From a virus (taxonomy: Duplodnaviria > Caudoviricetes), in IMG/VR virus record IMGVR_UViG_3300020045_001610, positions 1-62,439 of that record: DNA of 62,439 nt. The stretch is one strand, 5' to 3'. The notes below the pieces were generated by a model. It saw only the letters and a program-made list of their open reading frames with translations. It was not told where the DNA came from and made no database searches. Made by a program: the position numbers and the translations under genes. Shown in pieces: positions 1-6,282 of this stretch. Within the stretch, counting starts at the first letter, position 1. Each line of letters starts with the position of its first letter.

Positions 1-127
1 AAATTAAACGAACGTGCATAACAGTCGGTTGTATTAAAACGTTTCTTTGTCGCAAGCATTCGCCGCGAAGTTATTGTGATTGCTGCTTGAAGCTAATTAA
101 AACTAATGGAAAGTTTGGAGGTTTAAG

Positions 128-268
128 ATGACTTGGGAAGAATTTAAAAGGCAAGTTGAAGCGGCTGGTGTGACTGATGAAATGAAAATTGATTGGATTG
201 ATGTAGGTTCTTTCTTTGATGACGAAGTTAATGTGTCGATTCACAATAGCACTTTCAAGGTATCTTGA
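128..268 (+). CDS. hypothetical protein (46 aa)
   Basis: GGAGG RBS, ATG 128, TGA 266-268; read manually. Confidence 0.55.
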   Translation: MTWEEFKRQVEAAGVTDEMKIDWIDVGSFFDDEVNVSIHNSTFKVS

Positions 269-269
269 T

Positions 270-509
270 ATGAGCATCTGGACTCAATATCGAGAACCGA
301 AGTTTGCCCCTGAATGCAAAGACACTTCGTATTTGAAAGTTATGATTAACAAACTTAAAACTGAAGTTGACTACGGTAGAATTGATAATGAGCGGGCTTG
401 TAAGTTTATTACTGAAATGTTTACCAAAACAAGTTTCACTGACAAACAGAAAGCTAAAATTGAAGAGTTGTTTAAAAACATTGAAAGGAAGCGAAATGAA
501 AGAGCCTGA
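270..509 (+). CDS. hypothetical protein
   Basis: ORF 216..509, start moved to ATG 270 after upstream stop. Confidence 0.55.
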   Translation: MSIWTQYREPKFAPECKDTSYLKVMINKLKTEVDYGRIDNERACKFITEMFTKTSFTDKQKAKIEELFKNIERKRNERA

Positions 510-636
510 CAACAAATATCTCGGTTACATTCAATTTGGCTTAGGCGTATCTCTCGCTGCAAATTCAAACGTTAATATTTACGGACTTTGCGTTGGAGTT
601 TTGCTTATACTGCTTGGCGCGTGGAGGTTAAAATGA
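496..636 (+). CDS. small membrane protein
   Basis: AAAGGA RBS; hydrophobic C-terminus. Confidence 0.5.
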   Translation: MKEPDNKYLGYIQFGLGVSLAANSNVNIYGLCVGVLLILLGAWRLK

Positions 637-800
637 ACAGAACTGAATGGGAATCCGAAGTAAACAATTATCTGTCTTTACTTGGTGAAGATAAAATTGA
701 AAGTAAACATCTTGATTTTTATTGGAGCAACAATTGGGATGCTATGAGCACAGCTTCTCGAATTAAAACTAATTTGCTCGGCTGCGTAGGTGCTAAATGA
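633..800 (+). CDS. hypothetical protein
   Basis: GGAGG RBS, ATGA overlaps on both sides. Confidence 0.55.
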   Translation: MNRTEWESEVNNYLSLLGEDKIESKHLDFYWSNNWDAMSTASRIKTNLLGCVGAK

Positions 801-1171
801 AACCTTCACAACTAGCAAAAGACAGCGAACATTCTCACCAGAGCGCCCTGTTCGCTTGGGCTGCATTGAGCCGTCAAACTTATCCTGAACTTTCAATGAT
901 GTTTTCGGTGAAGAACGAGGAAAAGAGCGGTTCTGCGATTGTGGGCAGTAGGTTTCGTGCAGCGGGAGTCAAAAAGGGTGTTTCTGACGTAGTATTACCA
1001 ATAGCTAGAAAAGGTTGCCACGGCCTGTTCATAGAGATGAAAAAGCCAGGAGGTAAAGCGTCAAAAGAGCAGCTTGAATTTGGTGCTAATGTGCAAGCTG
1101 AAGGCTACGGTTTCTGTGTATGCGACAGTTGGGAAAAGGCGCGAGATGTGCTGATTTCATATTTAACTTGA
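797..1171 (+). CDS. VRR-NUC domain nuclease
   Basis: GVKKGVSD...LFIEMKKPGG...SKEQ...GY motif set. Confidence 0.85.
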   Translation: MKPSQLAKDSEHSHQSALFAWAALSRQTYPELSMMFSVKNEEKSGSAIVGSRFRAAGVKKGVSDVVLPIARKGCHGLFIEMKKPGGKASKEQLEFGANVQAEGYGFCVCDSWEKARDVLISYLT

Positions 1172-1196
1172 CACAACTGTAATGTTATGGCATAAG
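1168..1196 (+). promoter_or_regulatory. sigma70-like promoter
   Basis: TTGACA-17-CATAAG. Confidence 0.5.
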
Positions 1197-1221
1197 ACCT
1201 AAAACTTAAACGGAGGTAAAC

Positions 1222-1773
1222 ATGAATTTGGACACAGATTTGCTGTACAATAAAAGATGGAAACGCAAACCTAAGTATGGTAGCGTAGTAATTTACTTGC
1301 TTTTGTTTGTAGTAATTTTGATAGTTGTTGAACACGATTTTTCCCACAAAGAGCCAAAACCTGTACTGAAACCCATATCCTCTCACGGCAATGCCGCCAC
1401 CAGCCCTCGAAATTTAGCCATGACGGAGTTTTTTAAGCGAAAGGGTAGTCCTGACCCTCAGAGGATGGCTACGGCTGTTCTAGGGACAAAGAGGCCGCGT
1501 CTGATGGCTTCAATTGCAATTCGTGAATCCAATGGAAATCCCAAAGCAGTTGGGGACGGTGGAAAGAGCAAAGGAGCGTTTCAAGTTCAGAAGCATTGGG
1601 GTAAGGTTTCGCACGATCCAGTTGAACAGGCAAAACAATCTGAACGAATTTTGGAAGAACTTCTTGCTGATAATAATGGGAATTTGAAAAAGGCATTGTC
1701 TGCGTATAATGGTGAAAAGACCAAAAAAGTTTATGCCAATAAAATTTTAGCAAGTCTCACAGAAATTCCTTGA
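1222..1773 (+). CDS. lytic transglycosylase (SLT-like) with N-terminal membrane anchor
   Basis: IAIRES (catalytic Glu), GAFQV, AYNG; hydrophobic N-terminal segment. Confidence 0.8.
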   Translation: MNLDTDLLYNKRWKRKPKYGSVVIYLLLFVVILIVVEHDFSHKEPKPVLKPISSHGNAATSPRNLAMTEFFKRKGSPDPQRMATAVLGTKRPRLMASIAIRESNGNPKAVGDGGKSKGAFQVQKHWGKVSHDPVEQAKQSERILEELLADNNGNLKKALSAYNGEKTKKVYANKILASLTEIP

Positions 1774-1798
1774 CATTGAAAAGTAAGTCTGGTAGAAG
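1770..1798 (+). promoter_or_regulatory. sigma70-like promoter
   Basis: TTGACA-17-TAGAAG with extended TG. Confidence 0.55.
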
Positions 1799-1804
1799 TT
1801 GTTT

Positions 1805-1992
1805 AACGATTGGAACTGAAATGACCTCAACCGCATCACGGCGCTGGATGGTTCAGTAGAGTTCGCTCGGTAGGATTCCGACAATCGTTTGATTTAAAAT
1901 TAAGTTTGCGTTGCTTTGAGGGCAATTAATGCTAGGCTTTAAGTAGTCAACAAGCCAGCCTTGGGTATTGTTGATCGACCTGAACAACGCAA
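1805..1992 (+). ncRNA. two tandem candidate structured RNAs
   Basis: 8-bp closing stems 1805-1812/1882-1889 and 1906-1913/1985-1992, internal hairpins, downstream of a promoter. Confidence 0.4.
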
Positions 1993-2034
1993 TTCAAATT
2001 AGCATCACAAATCAAACAAGAAAGGGGAGAGAAA

Positions 2035-2646
2035 GTGGCAAAGCTAAGTAAGTTGGAACAAGCAGCGGTTGGTATGATGCCTGAAATTGTGGCAGCGACT
2101 CAAGCAGGTAGTTTTCTTTACAAGTCGGCGTTTGATGTAGCGTACTTGATTGAAAACTGTCTCGTAGAACAGAATGAAGAAATGGTTAACGAGGATGGTG
2201 AGTTTGCAACAAGGGCTACGCAGGTTGGCATTGCATCGCAAACAGCTTCGGCTGAAACTAAGGTTGCGGAACCCAAACCCGAAAGGAAAGTAAAAATGAC
2301 ATTTGAAATTGAAAACATTACAGTAACTCCTGGTAAACGTGGCGGCGGAACTCGTACATCGCAGTACCCAATTGATGCTCTTGAAGTCGGTCAGTCCTTC
2401 TTTATTCCTGCATCCGAAAAACACCCTGAACCCGAGAAGTCCTTGGCTTCCATGCTGTCCGGCGCAATGAAAAAGTATGACGTTGCTGATCTGGATGAAG
2501 CAGGTGTTCAGAAGACCAAAGAAATCACAGTGCCGAAGACCGGCGAAAAACGCACCATTCCTGCTATGAAACACACACGCAAGTTCACGCTGGTTGCTGC
2601 TGAAAAAGACGGCATCAAGGGCGCGAGAATAGGCAGAACTGCTTAA
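2035..2646 (+). CDS. putative phage DNA-binding protein
   Basis: RTSQYPIDALEVGQSFFIP...GARIGR motif recalled from siphovirus DNA-binding proteins; strong RBS. Confidence 0.6.
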   Translation: MAKLSKLEQAAVGMMPEIVAATQAGSFLYKSAFDVAYLIENCLVEQNEEMVNEDGEFATRATQVGIASQTASAETKVAEPKPERKVKMTFEIENITVTPGKRGGGTRTSQYPIDALEVGQSFFIPASEKHPEPEKSLASMLSGAMKKYDVADLDEAGVQKTKEITVPKTGEKRTIPAMKHTRKFTLVAAEKDGIKGARIGRTA

Positions 2647-2672
2647 TTTAACAATTGCCTGTGGAAGGATAT

Positions 2673-2709
2673 GAAAGGCTCGTTCCGTGGGGTGCGAGCC
2701 TTTCTTTTT
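2673..2709 (+). terminator. rho-independent terminator
   Basis: GAAAGGCTCG/CGAGCCTTTC stem plus T tract. Confidence 0.8.
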
Positions 2710-2758
2710 AAATTTATAAGGTAAGATTTCTCACTTCAAAATCCAAAAGGGCTCAATT

Positions 2759-3022
2759 ATGACCTCAGACGAACTCAAAAAATTACAGCAAGAAATTAAC
2801 CTTGACGCTACGAGCATGTCTTTATGCCTCGGTTTAACAATACACTGCTACAGGAAGTATTTGTACGGAGAAAATCAAATACCTGCAAAAGTTGAACGCG
2901 CTGTTTTAGAACTCCGTCAAATAAATGAAACTTTCTTCAACGAAATGGATTCTCGCGTTGACACTAGAATTAAAACGGAGCGAACTACCTTCAACCCTAA
3001 TTTAGTTCTTGACAATCCTTAA
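2759..3022 (+). CDS. HTH (XRE-like) protein
   Basis: MSLCLGLTIHCYRKYLYGENQIP resembles XRE helices 2-3. Confidence 0.55.
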   Translation: MTSDELKKLQQEINLDATSMSLCLGLTIHCYRKYLYGENQIPAKVERAVLELRQINETFFNEMDSRVDTRIKTERTTFNPNLVLDNP

Positions 3023-3037
3023 TTGTGGGGATACTGT
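3009..3037 (+). promoter_or_regulatory. sigma70-like promoter for lysis genes
   Basis: TTGACA-17-TACTGT. Confidence 0.45.
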
Positions 3038-3067
3038 ATCGCAAAATCTGACTATATGGGGTTTGCT

Positions 3068-3514
3068 ATGAAAGTAACCGAACACTTCACTTCTGAGGAA
3101 CTTCAACAGTCCAACACAGCAACCCGACTTGGTTTGCCCAACGTTTGCCCTCCTGAACTTACGGCCAATATGCTGAAGGTTGCAACACATCTTGAGCAAA
3201 TAAGAGGTCATTACGGCGTTCCTGTTCACATACATTCTTGTTATCGTGCTCCTGCTGTTAACGCCGCTGTTGGTGGTTCTGCTACTTCTGCTCATAGGTT
3301 TGCACTTGCCGCAGACTTTACAGTTGAAGGAAGGGGTATTAAGGAAGTTTGTGAATGGTGTTCGCAAAACGTAGTAGGCTATGACCAAATAATTTATGAA
3401 TTTGGGGAAAACGGGTGGATACATATTGGATTTTCAAATAACAGCCCTCGCAAGCAATGTTTAACTGCGACTAAAGTTGGCGGAAAAACAGTTTATGTTC
3501 AGGGTTTTAAGTAA
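3068..3514 (+). CDS. endolysin, peptidase M15 family
   Basis: SCYR..VNAAVGG..SAH...AADF and WIHI Zn motifs. Confidence 0.88.
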   Translation: MKVTEHFTSEELQQSNTATRLGLPNVCPPELTANMLKVATHLEQIRGHYGVPVHIHSCYRAPAVNAAVGGSATSAHRFALAADFTVEGRGIKEVCEWCSQNVVGYDQIIYEFGENGWIHIGFSNNSPRKQCLTATKVGGKTVYVQGFK

Positions 3515-3580
3515 TGGCCCACAAACGCTGCGATTATAACCCTGAAGTTTTCTGTTGCGATTGCCAACTGTGCACCTTAG

Positions 3581-3799
3581 ATGAAGACGTTTCCGAATCT
3601 TAACGAAACTATTGCTGAAATAGCAAACTGGAATTATTGGAGTCGCTACATGGCAGATGACTATCACGTTTGTACTGTGACTAACATTCGAGAACTTAAA
3701 GTTAAAGATGCTCCTAGTAAATGTGAAACTTGCGGTTTTTGTGAACGTAAAAGATTGAAACAACTTGAAATTAACAATGTTCAACAGGGGCCGTTGTAA
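3581..3799 (+). CDS. hypothetical protein
   Basis: ORF with CxxCxxC. Confidence 0.45.
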   Translation: MKTFPNLNETIAEIANWNYWSRYMADDYHVCTVTNIRELKVKDAPSKCETCGFCERKRLKQLEINNVQQGPL

Positions 3800-3967
3800 A
3801 TGGCAAATGTACCAAATGACAAAACAGGAAAGAAATGTCACTTCTTCAAGAAGTGTAAAACTAAATTTACCGAGTCTTCACCGACTTTAACTATAAACAA
3901 ACCAAACGGCGAAAGAGTTTTAGTATGTGTCGCGTGTCATAACGCTCATTACGCTGCTGGCGAATAA
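3800..3967 (+). CDS. small Cys/His protein (55 aa)
   Basis: manual ORF MANVPNDKTGKKCHFFKKC...CVACHNAH. Confidence 0.5.
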   Translation: MANVPNDKTGKKCHFFKKCKTKFTESSPTLTINKPNGERVLVCVACHNAHYAAGE

Positions 3968-4004
3968 TAAAGTTTTAAGCAACAAACAATAAAGGAGATT
4001 TAAA

Positions 4005-4544
4005 ATGAAAAGTTTATTTGTACTTGTGATTCTTGCTTTTGCAACAGTTTGTTTTGGTGCTGACGCTGTAGTTACTCCTGCCCCTTCCGTTCCGTTCGGG
4101 GATACTTTGTCAACTCTTCTGAGTCAAACAATTCTTCCGATTCTTGGCGCGTTGGTACTCGGTTTTGTTTCTTGGGCTGCTAAGTATATTGGTTCAAAGT
4201 TTAAAATTGAAGCTTTGACTACCAATAATGAGTATTTGAATAGACTTGCTGCTCAAGGTGTAGCTTTTGCTCAAGAGAAGGCTGCAAATTATGCAAAGCA
4301 GGCACAGCCTTTAAGTAGCAACGATAAGTTAAACTCCGCTATTGCCTACGTTATGCAGATGGCTCCTAAAGTATCTCCTGAACAGGCTCAGAGTCTTGTT
4401 ACTTCAGCTCTTGCTATGCTGCCTGGTGTCGGTGCTACTGGTGACGCGGCGGTTGGTGTTGTGCCTGCAATTACCGCCACTTTGCCCGTCGTCAATGTTA
4501 CAGGATCTGTATTGGCGAGTGCTCCATTACAAGTTAATCCATAA
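4005..4544 (+). CDS. holin-like membrane protein
   Basis: TM segment then LAAQGVAFAQE...KLNSAIAYV as in LL-H-type holins; lysis context. Confidence 0.6.
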   Translation: MKSLFVLVILAFATVCFGADAVVTPAPSVPFGDTLSTLLSQTILPILGALVLGFVSWAAKYIGSKFKIEALTTNNEYLNRLAAQGVAFAQEKAANYAKQAQPLSSNDKLNSAIAYVMQMAPKVSPEQAQSLVTSALAMLPGVGATGDAAVGVVPAITATLPVVNVTGSVLASAPLQVNP

Positions 4545-4545
4545 T

Positions 4546-4842
4546 ATGTGGGTATCAATTCTCTCAATACTCGCTTACCTCGTACCGTTCATATTAGATG
4601 CGTGGCAAGCGAGTAGTCCTGAACGAAAGAAAGAGGCTGAAGATGCTGAACGTCAAACACTCCGTAAGGCTATTGCAACTGACGATGCTACTGCTATTAA
4701 CAGGTACACAGATAGGCTGCTGTCTGATGTCAGTCTGCCTACAACGGGAACAGCCTCAGATAGTTCTGGACAGCAACACAGTGCAGATAGTACAGCCGAA
4801 GGAATCAGTGACCTTCTCGGAACAAAAGTTGTGCTTTGGTAA
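4546..4842 (+). CDS. i-spanin (Rz-like)
   Basis: N-terminal TM plus helical domain after holin. Confidence 0.55.
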   Translation: MWVSILSILAYLVPFILDAWQASSPERKKEAEDAERQTLRKAIATDDATAINRYTDRLLSDVSLPTTGTASDSSGQQHSADSTAEGISDLLGTKVVLW

Positions 4843-4900
4843 TGAAGCTGCTGCTAAACTTTTGGAATTAGCGAAGAAAGGTAAGGATTGCAAACCGTGA
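4643..4900 (+). CDS. o-spanin (Rz1-like lipoprotein)
   Basis: overlaps i-spanin in +1 frame; AAGAGG RBS; hydrophobic leader ending QIGC. Confidence 0.5.
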   Translation: MLNVKHSVRLLQLTMLLLLTGTQIGCCLMSVCLQREQPQIVLDSNTVQIVQPKESVTFSEQKLCFGNEAAAKLLELAKKGKDCKP

Positions 4901-4994
4901 GTGCAACGTACTTCAAATATGAGAAAGACGTGATTTACGTGCCGTTCTTTTGGTATGTTAATTACGTTGGTCATTGCTAAGAAAGGAATTGAAA

Positions 4995-5210
4995 ATGTAC
5001 CCGTTAAACGAAGAATTAACCGTTGAAGAACTCGCAAAAGAATTGCATGAAGCAGGCCGAGAAGCTGTTGAAAAGAATTGCATTGTTCGCCGTGACGTTC
5101 CCACAAAAGGCTTTATCGAATGGGATGAACTTGACGACATGGCAAAAGAAGGCAGGTTGATTCAGGCTCGTTTCTTGATTAAACGCAATACAATTCGACC
5201 TAGAGACTGA
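4995..5210 (+). CDS. hypothetical protein
   Basis: AAAGGA RBS, ATG 4995. Confidence 0.6.
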   Translation: MYPLNEELTVEELAKELHEAGREAVEKNCIVRRDVPTKGFIEWDELDDMAKEGRLIQARFLIKRNTIRPRD

Positions 5211-5211
5211 C

Positions 5212-5616
5212 GTGCCAGCAGCTCCAAGACGCCCCTGTCGCTCGCCAAATTGCGGCGTACTTGGCACAACGCCTTATTGTGAAAAGCATACAATTAAGAA
5301 AGAAGCTGAAGTTCGAGTTGAAAGAATCAAATACGATAAAGAGCGCGGCACTTCGGCAAGTAGGGGTTACGGTAGTCGCTGGTCAACTTACAGTAAGCAA
5401 TTTAGGGTTAATAACCCGCTTTGCTGCATGTGCCTTGAGCGCGGCAAACTTACGAAGGCTGAGTGCGTCGATCACATCATTCCTGTCAGCGGCCCTGACG
5501 ATCCTTTGTTTTGGGAGCCTAGCAATCACCAGTCGCTTTGCCATAGCGACCACTCATTAAAAACGGCCAAGGAAGACGGTGCGTTTGGAAATACGAAAAA
5601 GGATAGGTTTATCTAA
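5212..5616 (+). CDS. packaging-associated HNH endonuclease (HK97 gp74-like)
   Basis: RGYGSRW...NPLCCMC...VDHIIP...NHQSLCH..H..KT; next to TerS. Confidence 0.9.
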   Translation: MPAAPRRPCRSPNCGVLGTTPYCEKHTIKKEAEVRVERIKYDKERGTSASRGYGSRWSTYSKQFRVNNPLCCMCLERGKLTKAECVDHIIPVSGPDDPLFWEPSNHQSLCHSDHSLKTAKEDGAFGNTKKDRFI

Positions 5617-6134
5617 TGGGAACAAATCGCGGCGGCGGCAGACGGCCAACGCCCACACATTTGGCAATCGTGGACAAGGCCCACCAACATCGCCACTATA
5701 ATCAACCCTCCCCCTCAAAGGATTGGCCTGAAGCGCCTGGGCGTCTTTCTGAAGCCGCCAAAGCTATCTTCGATAACTTGGTTGAAACGATAGCTGAACT
5801 ATACCCGCCGTCTGCCTCTCACGTTGAAATGCTTGCCTTGTACGCCGAACATAAAGAACTTGCTATATTCTTGGATGCCTTCTTGCGCGGCTACGATGAA
5901 GTAGAAGACCGTGAAACCGGCGAGTTGCAGCGCGTGTATCGTGGCCTTACTTATCTCAGTGGTAACAACATGATCCGCTCCAGGCCGGAAGTGCAAATGC
6001 TGAAGGATGAACGCAAGGCTTGTACTGACATATTGCGCGAGTTTGGACTTTCCCCCTCGGCGCAGCGTTCGGTGAAAGTTGAGAAAAAACAAGCGGTGAA
6101 AAATGCTTTTGCAGACCTTGACGAAACTGGTTGA
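5616..6134 (+). CDS. terS: terminase small subunit (P27 type)
   Basis: GRRPTPT start, APGRLS, EFGLSPSAQ. Confidence 0.85.
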   Translation: MGTNRGGGRRPTPTHLAIVDKAHQHRHYNQPSPSKDWPEAPGRLSEAAKAIFDNLVETIAELYPPSASHVEMLALYAEHKELAIFLDAFLRGYDEVEDRETGELQRVYRGLTYLSGNNMIRSRPEVQMLKDERKACTDILREFGLSPSAQRSVKVEKKQAVKNAFADLDETG

Positions 6135-6159
6135 CAAAGTATTAAAGTTGTGTTACAAA
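6131..6159 (+). promoter_or_regulatory. sigma70-like promoter for terL
   Basis: TTGACA-17-TACAAA. Confidence 0.55.
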
Positions 6160-6176
6160 GCTTCAACATAAATTAA

Positions 6177-6264
6177 CAGGTCGGATAGGACTTGTTCACG
6201 AATACGCGAGTATAACTTGCGTTGCTGCCAGCCCCTTCATCGTCTATCCACGTTGTTGGGGCTG
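6177..6264 (+). ncRNA. kissing-loop cis-regulatory RNA, copy 1
   Basis: hairpin loop GGATAG complementary to loop CTATCC; same architecture at 42439-42528. Confidence 0.6.
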
Positions 6265-6282
6265 TGCTATTTTAGGAGTGTT

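Noticed and set aside
1805-1992. Canonical tRNA genes
   Set aside because: no TTC T-loop, D-arm or anticodon arm
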